Shown one piece after another: positions 27,555 through 36,762 of a stretch of DNA of 40,758 nt (position 1 is its first letter; each line of letters starts with the position of its first letter). The position numbers were made by a program, and so were the translations under genes. The stretch is from IMG/VR virus record IMGVR_UViG_3300008251_000012, positions 1 through 40,758 of that record; one strand, given 5' to 3'. The notes beneath the pieces are model-generated. The model saw only the letters and a program-made list of their open reading frames with translations. It ran no database searches and had not been told where the DNA came from. The stretch is from a virus (lineage: Duplodnaviria; Caudoviricetes).

Positions 27555-27781
27555 TAAGACGTGCCGTACTCAGTATGCGAAAAACGCCAGTGAGCCAAAC
27601 TTAAATCAATATGATCGTCTATGATTTTCATGGCCGTTTTGTTCGCTTTCTTCAAGTTAGTAAACAAATGGTCGTGAACGTAAATGTTATTCACAGCATC
27701 TTTCGCACTGAGATACCAGCCCGCGTCGCACGACTCTACGACCACAAGCTTAATGTGAGCACTACCAAGGTAAAAACTCAT
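27551..27781 (-). CDS. Small hypothetical late protein
   Basis: 76 aa; overlaps the end of the PAAR gene. Confidence 0.65.
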   Translation of the reverse strand: MSFYLGSAHIKLVVVESCDAGWYLSAKDAVNNIYVHDHLFTNLKKANKTAMKIIDDHIDLSLAHWRFSHTEYGTSY

Positions 27782-28068
27782 TTAATCAAAAACCGAGATT
27801 CACCGTTGATAATACTTGAACCGCAATCAACTGAATCGCCAACCATGCAAGCCACTTTTCCAAACACCAAAAATTTACTACCACCAATGCCACTACCACC
27901 GTGAACCTGCGGCGGGCTACTGGGCAGCACATGGGGCAACCATGCACCACCGGTTAAGTGTACGGGTTTACCAAAGACTAAAAATTTAGCCTCCCCATCA
28001 ACAGTAGGCCGAGGAATAAAGCCGCCATGTCCGGCACACATTGATCCTAACGTTGCAATTGCTGCCAT
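27778..28068 (-). CDS. PAAR spike-tip protein (T4 gp5.4-like)
   Basis: CAGHGGFIPRP, GKPVH, HGG, VGDSVDCGS; follows the spike gene. Confidence 0.88.
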   Translation of the reverse strand: MAAIATLGSMCAGHGGFIPRPTVDGEAKFLVFGKPVHLTGGAWLPHVLPSSPPQVHGGSGIGGSKFLVFGKVACMVGDSVDCGSSIINGESRFLIK

Positions 28069-28082
28069 ACATACCTCATCAA

Positions 28083-28826
28083 CTATTTGAAATCATAAAG
28101 AGAACCGGTTTTACCGCCAATCATCGCGCCCTTAAGCATCACGTCGCCTGCTGCCTCTAACGTGAGGGAGCCACCGGACTTCAACGCCATATCACCGCCG
28201 GATTCGACTTGTACATTACCATCTGATTTTACCACCGCATCACCAACAACTTTTACATTAAGTTTATCGCCGACCGTCAAATTGTGATCCTTTGTCGTAG
28301 AAAAATGACTGTTCGCCTCAACATGTAAAACCAGCTCACCATCTTTAGTGACATTAAATGCCGTCCCCGTGGCTTTATGCGTCAGGCACCATGCACCATC
28401 TTGCGTTATTTGGTGCAAGATACCGAACAAATCAAGCACTTTATCCCCATATCCAGCAACCGGCGCGGCTGGTTCACCATCACCGCGCTTATGCTTATAG
28501 ACAGATTCAAACAACTCTACCGGTAATTCGCTTTTGTCGTCAGTGACGCGATAACATGAGCCAGTAATGATCGGGGTACGGGTATCACCGTTGATAAACT
28601 CCACCCAAACAAGATCACCAATTTTACATGGCATCGCATCCCCTTCACCAATACGGGCACCGAGCGGTAGCAAGTATTCAGCCCACGGCAGGTTGTTTAC
28701 AGGCACAACGTCCCACAATATCAACAGTCGTACTTGTGCCATATGCCAGCCTTTAGGATGCTTAACACTGGTCACTTCAGCACGATAACGGCCTAAAAGC
28801 TTACCGCTTGTATCAGTTCTGCTCAT
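28083..28826 (-). CDS. Baseplate central spike (P1 gp5 / gpV-like)
   Basis: OB-fold GRYRAEV...LPWAEY...GDLVWVEFINGDTRTPII followed by beta-helix repeats. Confidence 0.88.
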   Translation of the reverse strand: MSRTDTSGKLLGRYRAEVTSVKHPKGWHMAQVRLLILWDVVPVNNLPWAEYLLPLGARIGEGDAMPCKIGDLVWVEFINGDTRTPIITGSCYRVTDDKSELPVELFESVYKHKRGDGEPAAPVAGYGDKVLDLFGILHQITQDGAWCLTHKATGTAFNVTKDGELVLHVEANSHFSTTKDHNLTVGDKLNVKVVGDAVVKSDGNVQVESGGDMALKSGGSLTLEAAGDVMLKGAMIGGKTGSLYDFK

Positions 28827-29802
28827 TCAGCGCTCCTAGCACTATCCGGTTATTATATTTACTCGATTCTGTATAATGCGTCACTGTTTTAACGACTAAC
28901 GACGCAGCCACCGATTCATCGATCGCAGCATCATGACTTAACTTGATGATCTCAAGGCTCAGCACCGCTGCCGGTGTAAAACGACTATCACCCACAACCA
29001 CGATATCGAGTTTCGGCTGTATACATAATGCTTGATTGTCTAATTGCGCCAGAACCGACGGATAAGACAATAATAATGCTGGCTTGCCCTCTTGCCCTTT
29101 TGAACTAAGATAACCGCCGTCTGTTGTCCATGCGCTACAGCAACGCTGCAATGCACGGTCATATAATGCGTCTTCATTCAGCACGTTGTACCTTGCGATC
29201 TCAACATCAGCATTAACGTTATTCAACCCAATGCTAAGTAATGGCGAACCTCTGGCTATTTCAGCCAACGTTTTGAAGTACACGGTGCCACGACTGATCC
29301 AACACGCAGCGCCATAGTCACGCGCCATTTGTCGCAATAACCGTGCGGGTGGCTGGCCTTGATTTAGATGATAAGTACCGGCAACCAGTGAAGCACAATC
29401 GATTTTTAGTGATGGCACCAATTCAGACAGGATTGAACGTGGTGATTTACCAACGAAAAATTTAGGTTCAGCCGCTTTTATCTTCAGTTCGTGACAATCT
29501 TTCTGAAAACCCTCAACAAAAATAATATCGTTCTCAACAGGGCACACCGAAACAATGAACGTTTCAGTAAATAGCTCGCTGCCGGTGCCGTAAATGTCGC
29601 CCATTTCCATGACAATCTCTGCGCCTTTAGCAAGACCGAACTCATCACGAATATAGGATTGCTCATCACGCAGTTGCAAAATGAATGACGCTCCACTTAA
29701 GTCGAGTTGTTCGATATAAGCCAGTGACACCACCCGAGGCATATTAATACTGTGACCGTTTACGGTTAACGATTGTAAAAACGTATAATTTTGATCACTC
29801 AT
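28813..29802 (-). CDS. Baseplate hub protein (P1 gp6-like)
   Basis: 329 aa; YIEQLDLSG, TYHLNQG...LLRQMARDYGA; upstream of the spike. Confidence 0.8.
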   Translation of the reverse strand: MSDQNYTFLQSLTVNGHSINMPRVVSLAYIEQLDLSGASFILQLRDEQSYIRDEFGLAKGAEIVMEMGDIYGTGSELFTETFIVSVCPVENDIIFVEGFQKDCHELKIKAAEPKFFVGKSPRSILSELVPSLKIDCASLVAGTYHLNQGQPPARLLRQMARDYGAACWISRGTVYFKTLAEIARGSPLLSIGLNNVNADVEIARYNVLNEDALYDRALQRCCSAWTTDGGYLSSKGQEGKPALLLSYPSVLAQLDNQALCIQPKLDIVVVGDSRFTPAAVLSLEIIKLSHDAAIDESVAASLVVKTVTHYTESSKYNNRIVLGALNEQN

Positions 29803-30530
29803 AATAAATGGCTCTCGCCTTGTTCAATACGGGCGATAGTTTCACTGCCATATCGAATCGTCGCGGTTTGAGCGTTAACAGTGAACCCGATAGATAAGAC
29901 TCGCATTTTATCATCTTCAAAAGGTAGACTCGCATTGTCTGCGGTCATCATATGTCTATCAATGATCTCAACAGCAAGATCATAAGCGGCACCACCCAAC
30001 ACTGTTTTAGCATTGAACTTATGATCGGCATGTCGGTGACGTAACCACGACATTAATAACAACGCAATTATTTCGATATTGTCATCCTGCCAACCGACAA
30101 TGTTCACCATATAAGCCAGTGTAGTGACTGATTCCTCAACTTCTCCAATATACACACCATCGCTATCACACAACTCACCAACACCAGCACGGTCACGGTA
30201 TTGGTCTAACTCCGCAAAGGCTATCGCCGGATCGCGAGTAATGTACAAGCAAGGCAATGAGATCTTATCCTTACCTTGTTTCATCAATGCCCGCAAAAAT
30301 CGCCGTGGCGAATCAAACTCACCCATTGCGATCTTATCTGCCAGTGGTCGCTTGGCAAAGTCAGCAAGGCGTTTATTTCGTGGGTGTTCAGGGTCACTGA
30401 CGTATAGCCGGTTGATAACAGAACCGATCTTATTAGCCAGAGCCACATCAACATCAGTAAGACCTGACACTTCTATGCGGCCATCTTCTGCAACGTTCTT
30501 AAACGTCAAGTCAACAGGAAAAGTACTCAT
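29799..30530 (-). CDS. P1 gp24-like tail terminator
   Basis: 243 aa; LPCLYITRDP; position in the 26-25-7-24-6-5 order. Confidence 0.72.
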   Translation of the reverse strand: MSTFPVDLTFKNVAEDGRIEVSGLTDVDVALANKIGSVINRLYVSDPEHPRNKRLADFAKRPLADKIAMGEFDSPRRFLRALMKQGKDKISLPCLYITRDPAIAFAELDQYRDRAGVGELCDSDGVYIGEVEESVTTLAYMVNIVGWQDDNIEIIALLLMSWLRHRHADHKFNAKTVLGGAAYDLAVEIIDRHMMTADNASLPFEDDKMRVLSIGFTVNAQTATIRYGSETIARIEQGESHLL

Positions 30531-31030
30531 TATTTTTTAATTCCTTCAAAATCGCGACACGGAATAACATTGTGTATCGCCGCCGATAGTGTGGTGCCTA
30601 ATGCAATCGCGCTATGAACATACCACCAGCAACGGCGGGTTTCGTCCCCTTTACCGGTGGCCTCTTCCCATTCCAATACTGCTCCGGTCGGGATATCGTG
30701 GTGGCCGATACGCAGTAACATTGGCTGCTCAAAATCATTAATGGCCTCGTCGCCGTTTTCACTGACAAGCGGTTGCATATCGTCAGGGTTATCGAGTACG
30801 GACACGATAAACGGATCGGCATATTCCAAGGCCTGCTGGTTCTTATCGACCTGATTAAATAACGGCACTTCATATAAGCTATCATCCACCGCTTGTTCAG
30901 GGGCTACTGGCATGTATAGCAACGCTTGGAATGAGTCGGGGCTATTCTCAATCGCGGCTATCCAGTCATTGCGGATCACATCATTTAAAATATTGTGTTG
31001 GTTAAAACGCGGCTTAAGTACGTTAGTCAT
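30530..31030 (-). CDS. P1 gp7-like neck / tail protein
   Basis: DWIAAIENSPDSFQALLY, IPTGAVLEWEE, RCWWYVH. Confidence 0.72.
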   Translation of the reverse strand: MTNVLKPRFNQHNILNDVIRNDWIAAIENSPDSFQALLYMPVAPEQAVDDSLYEVPLFNQVDKNQQALEYADPFIVSVLDNPDDMQPLVSENGDEAINDFEQPMLLRIGHHDIPTGAVLEWEEATGKGDETRRCWWYVHSAIALGTTLSAAIHNVIPCRDFEGIKK

Positions 31031-32255
31031 TTAAAATTCCTTTCAACGTTTTAACCGGCTTACCGGATATCTTTGCAAACGCATTGATAGATTGATCATT
31101 TGTCCATTTCTTACTGACGTTCATGTCTTTAAACATCTGGTAAGACATACGCACAAAGTCGCCGTTTTCTTTCCGTTCCTTCGCCAATTGACTATCTTTC
31201 TTAGCAATAACCGCCTTATGCTTGTCAATCTGAGCCTGTTTACGTGCAATCTTTCGCTTGGATTTATCAAGGCCTTCGCGGATTTTGTCGATCTTCTTCT
31301 TATCGACTTCCATTTTTTTACCAAGGGCTTTTTGACGATCAACGTATTTTTGATATTCGGCTTGTAAGGCCTTTTGGTCGATATTGCCCTTACGCGTTTT
31401 CTTCTGCTGCTTCAGGTCTTTCTCTTTAAAAACATGAGTAGACTTACGATCATCACCGTAACCGACCTTCTTAGCCTGTCTAGCCATATGAATTGCTAAT
31501 TGATTACACCAAGTCGGCGATTGCAATTTGTTCGTTGCGTGCAATACATGCTTGCAGGCAACACCGATATTTTTAGGATTACGGATCTTCGGCGGGGCGA
31601 ATTCTTTAGGCGGGGCAAGGCAATAGTTACCAATTGTGGCTAAGTACCGGTAGTAATATTGATGACGGCCACAATCACACGCAATTGATATCCGGTCTGT
31701 GGTCGCTTTTCTGGTCGCCTTTTGATAGCCCTTCACCGTGGGGTCAGCATCGGCCATATGTACGTCCCACGTTTCAAAACGTACCGACACCATATGATCA
31801 TCGTCGCCATTCTTTTGTGATGCTTTAACTCGGAACACGGCCACGTTTGCCTTGATAGCAACTAAGTTAGCCCCAGTAATACCAGAGCCATCGTTGACTT
31901 GATTGTTTGCCCGCTTAATATCAATCTCGCGGGAACCGGCAACAAGCTGCGGATAAGTAATGCCAGCCGTATTTTTATCATAACGACGTTCAAAATTTTT
32001 CTTACTCTTTTCCAGTGCGATCAAATCTTCACGGGTAAAGGCTTCTCCCTCGGTGGTTTTACCCAACCGTACAAGATCGGCAGGAGCCTTGCGTTTGAGC
32101 ATGGCAGGGGTGATCGTTTTAGGCGCTTTAGCACGCTTCTTGGTGTTCTTCTTACGTATGAATTCGAACGCTTGCATAAACTGACGTGAATCAAGCCCGC
32201 CCGTGCTATACCGGCCATTGTCTTTCTTTTTCAGTTCTAATTTATTACGAGGCAT
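31023..32255 (-). CDS. P1 gp25-like protein with a SWIM-type zinc finger
   Basis: 410 aa, basic; ACDCGRHQYYYRY...PKIRNP...GVACKHV. Confidence 0.8.
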   Translation of the reverse strand: MPRNKLELKKKDNGRYSTGGLDSRQFMQAFEFIRKKNTKKRAKAPKTITPAMLKRKAPADLVRLGKTTEGEAFTREDLIALEKSKKNFERRYDKNTAGITYPQLVAGSREIDIKRANNQVNDGSGITGANLVAIKANVAVFRVKASQKNGDDDHMVSVRFETWDVHMADADPTVKGYQKATRKATTDRISIACDCGRHQYYYRYLATIGNYCLAPPKEFAPPKIRNPKNIGVACKHVLHATNKLQSPTWCNQLAIHMARQAKKVGYGDDRKSTHVFKEKDLKQQKKTRKGNIDQKALQAEYQKYVDRQKALGKKMEVDKKKIDKIREGLDKSKRKIARKQAQIDKHKAVIAKKDSQLAKERKENGDFVRMSYQMFKDMNVSKKWTNDQSINAFAKISGKPVKTLKGILND

Positions 32256-32565
32256 TGTTACGTACCTCTCTGATCATTGAGCGAATGATCGCCACCGGCG
32301 GGAACTCAAGCTCATAACCAACGGGCAATGAGTCAAATGAATCATCAACACCGGCCACTAGCATAACCAACCAACTCAAATCACTTGTTTTAAATACTCG
32401 ATAGGAAAGCAAGTCAGGGCGTGTTTCTTCATCTTCTTTTACTTCATAAACAATAAAATTATCAATATTGGCGGCATTGTTGAGATATCCCAGAATGGCC
32501 TTGTATAGCTCCACACGGATAATATCATCGTCAATGGACATATCGGATAGCCTAGGCACGCTCAT
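32245..32565 (-). CDS. P1 gp26-like baseplate protein (LysM-like)
   Basis: YEVKEDEETRPDLLSYRVF...LSWLVMLVAG...LPVG. Confidence 0.82.
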   Translation of the reverse strand: MSVPRLSDMSIDDDIIRVELYKAILGYLNNAANIDNFIVYEVKEDEETRPDLLSYRVFKTSDLSWLVMLVAGVDDSFDSLPVGYELEFPPVAIIRSMIREVRNNAS

Positions 32566-33116
32566 AAGAACCTCGGCATTTTGCGGTGGCTTTTACGCTT
32601 GTTTATGATGCCAAATACTGATTTTAGGTAGTTCCCGTCAATAGATGAGTTATACACGGCGCTGTAAATGACAGTAAGCAAGGCGATCGCTTCTTCAGAT
32701 ATGCTTTCCCAGTCAATACGATATGTTGTAATGCCTTTGTCGCTGATCTCTTTTTCGTAGACGTTTTCAGGCACCGTTATCTTACGAGTTCCTTCTGAAA
32801 ATCGGATTGATTTACGTGAAAGCAACTGTTGATAGGCGGTGAGGGCTGCGATCAAACGCGGTTGATTATTTTCATCGGTATCAGCCAATCGGCATGGTGT
32901 GAATCCAGTTGCTAATCGAGTGATCGGCTCATTGATCGCAACAGTAAAGCCGTTTTTCTGGTAAACAGACATTTCCCGCTTAATCTTAGCCAAGCTATTT
33001 AGGTCGGCTGTTTTTATCTGAGCCAATTTCTGTACTAACAATATGCCGTTACGGAAACCGGCCACAATACAAGTCTCACGTAAATTCACACTGATAACGT
33101 ATATCTTTTTATCCAC
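32562..33116 (-). CDS. P1-type putative morphogenetic (Pmg) protein
   Basis: 184 aa; GFTVAINEP, PRLIAAL, YRIDWESI; first gene after a late promoter. Exact P1 orthologue uncertain. Confidence 0.6.
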   Translation of the reverse strand: MDKKIYVISVNLRETCIVAGFRNGILLVQKLAQIKTADLNSLAKIKREMSVYQKNGFTVAINEPITRLATGFTPCRLADTDENNQPRLIAALTAYQQLLSRKSIRFSEGTRKITVPENVYEKEISDKGITTYRIDWESISEEAIALLTVIYSAVYNSSIDGNYLKSVFGIINKRKSHRKMPRFL

Positions 33117-33149
33117 TAAAGCTTACCTGTTTGATCAAACAATTCAGGC

Positions 33150-33170
33150 ATTTTCTCTACAGCGATAAAA
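33150..33170 (-). promoter_or_regulatory. Putative late promoter (TTTTATCGCT-N5-GAAAAT)
   Basis: Motif 34 bp upstream of the second late operon. Confidence 0.68.
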
Positions 33171-33284
33171 TAAACGCTTTTTTTGATCACGGATTCTTAT
33201 ATAACGATCAATTATATTCAGTTTTTATTAAGTAATTTAAAGATAAGAGTTGAAGTCTAGAGGGGCTAATACATGCTGTCTAGG

Positions 33285-33660
33285 TGAGCGGTGGCTGGGA
33301 TTATGGCAAAGCCTCCCTATAGCCGAGCGAGTTATAAAACTCAGTCAGCTATAGGCAGAACCGCAAAACGTACATGCCGACCGGAGCCGCGTATGTCAGT
33401 AAATCACGGGTTGATCGTCACGTTAAACGATCAACATATGGGGTTCGTAGCTAACGTGCTACACAAACCTGAGTCCCCAAGGCACACGCTCAGCCGCACT
33501 CAAGGGTTCTAACACCCAATATAAGCACTAAGATTGTGTACTGCCTCCCTCCACGCGAGCTGTGGTAAATGTAGTTAATTGATTGCTCGCTGGCCTTACC
33601 TGTTAAGTAATTGGTCATTATTTACATGCACTTACATAAATATTTGTAAATAATTTCCGT
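33285..33660 (+). ncRNA. Candidate large structured non-coding RNA (family not recognised)
   Basis: Consecutive stems 33316-33355, 33372-33396, 33410-33435 and 33442-33469, closed by 33291-33299/33489-33497; most wobble pairs favour the + strand. Ends are approximate. Confidence 0.45.
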
Positions 33661-33972
33661 GGCTCTACTTCATCATCCAACCGATTACAACCCAATACAT
33701 AGCATCACACCCTGTTATTTTTCAAACATATCAACAGGTTAGCTCAGCGTCAAATTTACTCGGCTCATCGCCGTCGAGGTAAGGACACATAAATGATAAA
33801 GAGACAGGGGGGGTTATGCAAAAAGAAGTATTGAAAGTCTGCGCGTTGCGGGCTAAACTCTCAATTAAGTATTAGGTTTTAATTTTTAGACATTCAGGGC
33901 GACCATCTTGCCTTTAACCATCTTTCTGTTTTAACCGCCACGATTTAAGAAGCTTTTTACTTCGTTAAATCT

Positions 33973-34005
33973 AAAAAGGTCAGTCTTGGTAGGACTGGCC
34001 TTTTT
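33973..34005. terminator. Bidirectional terminator
   Basis: A5-GGTCAGTC...GACTGGCC-T5. Confidence 0.75.
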
Positions 34006-34174
34006 GCCATCTGCGATAAAGATACTAGATCTTTGAGTGGATCGCAACGATCTAGCAAGATCTATTTTATTTTAATTACCTACTGCTTGATAGGATAAGT
34101 TAAAGTACACTTATTGTTCTCATTCAAAAGCTTGCTGCTAATTCCCCTTACCCATATTAAAAATGCTTATTTTG

Positions 34175-34360
34175 TCATTTCCTCTTATTGCGCAAAATAG
34201 TTGATTCACTCAACACGACCGCTTTTTTAGATCTTAGATCTCGACATCGGTACTTCACATCATCAGAGCCTTTGCGCCTGTCGTTGGGCAACTCAGTCTC
34301 AACCTCAAGTATTTGCAGCCCGATAAAGAAGGTATCGCCTTGTACAACGTTGCTACTCAT
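34175..34360 (-). CDS. Small hypothetical protein
   Basis: 61 aa; abuts the upstream gene. Confidence 0.55.
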   Translation of the reverse strand: MSSNVVQGDTFFIGLQILEVETELPNDRRKGSDDVKYRCRDLRSKKAVVLSESTILRNKRK

Positions 34361-34885
34361 TTAACTGTCTACATGTAGCGGCTGGTGGGTGAACAATTCG
34401 CTAAACCGGTCACTCCCGCGTAAGTGCATAAAATTGATCGCGTTGGAGTTCAAAGTTTGACAGCGCACTTTCAGTTCTTGCAGTAGCGACATGTAGTTTT
34501 CCACCCTGATCTCGATCAGTGCATAATAAGTAAAATTAATCATGCTGTACTGTCCCTCCGGCTTGTGCTGATAAGTCGGATCTAGATATTGACCGGTTTG
34601 AAGTTTTACCCACGCGTGCTCTATGATCACCCCATTTAATGCCGGTGACTTAATCGCGCCGAAAACGACACTCGCGGCACCAATTCTGAGCGCTGAAATG
34701 ATCGCGTTGTTATAGCCCTCACTCGGTGTCCGTGTACACTCTTTTAACACTGCTGCTGTGAGAGAGTGCATCCGAATCGGCATTAACTTATCTCTGTTGA
34801 TACATAATGCGCTAGCCACTTGGATCACGTCTTTACCAAGCTTCGAGGTCATTTGGGTTCTGTCTAATATGTCTTGCATCACCAC
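34361..34885 (-). CDS. Paralogue of the 24868 transglutaminase-like protein lacking the catalytic Cys
   Basis: EGYNNA...IEHAWVK...YLDPTYQ. Confidence 0.65.
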   Translation of the reverse strand: MVMQDILDRTQMTSKLGKDVIQVASALCINRDKLMPIRMHSLTAAVLKECTRTPSEGYNNAIISALRIGAASVVFGAIKSPALNGVIIEHAWVKLQTGQYLDPTYQHKPEGQYSMINFTYYALIEIRVENYMSLLQELKVRCQTLNSNAINFMHLRGSDRFSELFTHQPLHVDS

Positions 34886-35044
34886 TCCTTATTTTACTTG
34901 TTAGAACGGTTGCTGGGTATTTCTCGCGTAACCTTTCAGCGTTACAGTTGCGCCCATTGCACTAATAAAACGAATGAATACTAGCAGTGTGTCGGTGCTG
35001 TACGTCCTGAGTTTCTTAGCGTTCAACACCCAACAACCTAATTT

Positions 35045-35494
35045 TTAGTGTTCGAGATCGTCTTCCATATCCAAAATGAAATACCCTAAAACACCTTTTG
35101 TATCGAGAATATGGAAGTGTTCATGAAGTCGCGCCGCCGTTAATTTGCCGGTGAACCCATAACCATGCACAATAATTCCCTTTCTTGTTGTTTCATTGCT
35201 ACACATAAATAAGTGTATAGCTCTCCTTACTCTTTCATTACTTTCATGTTCAAGTGCAGTACCTAACTTAGTACTCTCTAAAGACTGATTTTTTAAAGCT
35301 ATTCTTTTAGAGACTCTGCGACCTTTTATGATGACGAGTATATTACTCAGTGTTGCGAACCAAATAATCCACCACAAGTTGTATATAAAATAAATAGGCG
35401 CAGCGGCCATCGTAATCGATACTGCAAACAGCACTGTTCGGTTATATGTTTTTAATTCATCATTTATGTTCACGTTTAAAATAACTCTGTTCAA
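35045..35494 (-). CDS. Hypothetical membrane protein
   Basis: Two N-terminal hydrophobic segments. Confidence 0.6.
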   Translation of the reverse strand: MNRVILNVNINDELKTYNRTVLFAVSITMAAAPIYFIYNLWWIIWFATLSNILVIIKGRRVSKRIALKNQSLESTKLGTALEHESNERVRRAIHLFMCSNETTRKGIIVHGYGFTGKLTAARLHEHFHILDTKGVLGYFILDMEDDLEH

Positions 35495-35702
35495 GGGTGA
35501 GCATTGCGTGCTCTTTGTTTTTAACCTTCAACTCTAATCTGATTTGTTCGAAACTAACCATCTCAGTAATAAGCCCGCACCAGTTGGCGTTAAAATCCAG
35601 CCACACTCTCAATACATGGGTATCAGTCCATGTGTGAAACGTTTGAACATCAAACCAAATATCGGGAGTGTGTGGTCGTTCCCATGCAAAAGCCAGCCCC
35701 AT
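35460..35702 (-). CDS. Small hypothetical protein
   Basis: 80 aa; abuts the MTase stop codon. Confidence 0.55.
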   Translation of the reverse strand: MGLAFAWERPHTPDIWFDVQTFHTWTDTHVLRVWLDFNANWCGLITEMVSFEQIRLELKVKNKEHAMLTLEQSYFKREHK

Positions 35703-36683
35703 CTAGTTCACTCGAATTGCAAATACATCGACGCTTTCAGTGCCGAAATGATTATGCTGGATTGTTGACTTAACGACTCCTTGCCACGGGCGAATTAAAA
35801 TACGTTCGTGCTCATCGGCTTTTGGATAACCTAGTTTTATATGTATCTCATCAAACTCACGATCAACTAAACGCTTTTCCCAATACTGCGTTTGCAGCCG
35901 GTACTCATCTATTTTTGTGCCCGCTTTTATCTCGTTAAAATAAAGTGCTTTAACAGGCAGATTTAAGACTCTAATTTTGGATTTCGGTGCATCTTTTTTG
36001 TGTTTTGGGGCTTTTTCCTTGGATTTAGGTGCATCTTTTTTACGTTTTGGCGCTTTTACCTTGGATTTAGGTGCATCGCTCTTAGGTGTTGGCACATTGT
36101 TACCCACACCACGCGAAAACCCTACTCTAGCAGGCTCCATTACAGCATGTGGCGTGAATAGCACTAAAGCGGAGCCGAAGTTAACCCCGTGCTTTTTAGT
36201 CACCCCATCAGCTTGATAGAAGTTATAACGACCGTCCGGCTCATATATGACGGTTGCAAATGGTTTAACAAACTCTAACCACCAGCCGGAAAGCGGCTCA
36301 TATGGCAGTAACATCATGCCCGAAAAACCTTTAGCCACTTGTTGTGCAGCTTGAATTAAGAATTGTTTCTTGAGCGTGAACGGAGGATTACACCACCAGT
36401 CGTTCTCCCAATCGCAGTGCAAAGAATCAAAGCCGACAATGCGCTGTTCTGCTCGCAGATTGAAACCGGATTGAGCATATGGTGAAAGGGTGTCTAACCG
36501 GCTCCATTCGAACCAGTCCGGTGACACCATGAACCGGTCGCATTTTGCGGTTTCCGGTTCAGCGGCCACATCTATTTTAAAGGGGCGTCCATAGAGATGC
36601 TGACCGTCGTTGAAGCAGCCATGTTGAGTAGCCCAGCGGTCTTTCTCGCCAGAGTCAGTGCTACTTTTTACCAGTATTGCCAT
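35703..36683 (-). CDS. Phage N6-adenine DNA methyltransferase fused to a C-terminal ASCH domain
   Basis: DRWAT, IDVAAEPETAKC, WWCNPPF (phage Dam family); LNLPVKALYFNEIKAGTKIDEYR...YWEKRL...LGYPK (ASCH). GAGGG RBS favours start 36683. Confidence 0.85.
   Translation of the reverse strand: MAILVKSSTDSGEKDRWATQHGCFNDGQHLYGRPFKIDVAAEPETAKCDRFMVSPDWFEWSRLDTLSPYAQSGFNLRAEQRIVGFDSLHCDWENDWWCNPPFTLKKQFLIQAAQQVAKGFSGMMLLPYEPLSGWWLEFVKPFATVIYEPDGRYNFYQADGVTKKHGVNFGSALVLFTPHAVMEPARVGFSRGVGNNVPTPKSDAPKSKVKAPKRKKDAPKSKEKAPKHKKDAPKSKIRVLNLPVKALYFNEIKAGTKIDEYRLQTQYWEKRLVDREFDEIHIKLGYPKADEHERILIRPWQGVVKSTIQHNHFGTESVDVFAIRVN
35977..36077. repeat. 42-bp tandem repeat encoding a Lys/Pro/Ala linker
   Basis: TTGGATTTMGGTGCATC at 35977, 36019 and 36061 (DAPKSK). 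Confidence 0.88.
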
Positions 36684-36723
36684 ATTTCCCTCTTGATTAT
36701 TGTTTAATAATAACGGCATAGTT

Positions 36724-36762
36724 AACAATAATACACGCTTGATAAACAATAATACACGCTTG
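36724..36762. repeat. 18-bp direct repeat upstream of the MTase gene
   Basis: AACAATAATACACGCTTG at 36724-36741 and 36745-36762 (21-bp period), adjoining the operator motif at 36760-36771. Confidence 0.85.

Noticed and set aside
6366-32565. Tailocin, extracellular contractile injection system or T6SS (sheath, tube, spike, PAAR)
   Set aside because: A major capsid gene, neck proteins, a repressor and a replication gene are present in P1-like order; this is a phage.
33291-33512. 73-aa ORF on the + strand
   Set aside because: No clear RBS or recognisable motif; it coincides with the dense RNA-like helices.
33261-33660. tmRNA, tRNA or retron ncRNA
   Set aside because: GGGGCT is present, but there is no tRNA-like 3' end or T-arm/CCA, no tag ORF and no adjacent reverse transcriptase.
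34956-34972. ATTGCACTAATAAAACG, close to the P1 C1 operator consensus
   Set aside because: It probably lies in a small ~42-codon minus-strand ORF and differs from the motif repeated here; left out of the operator set pending a motif scan.
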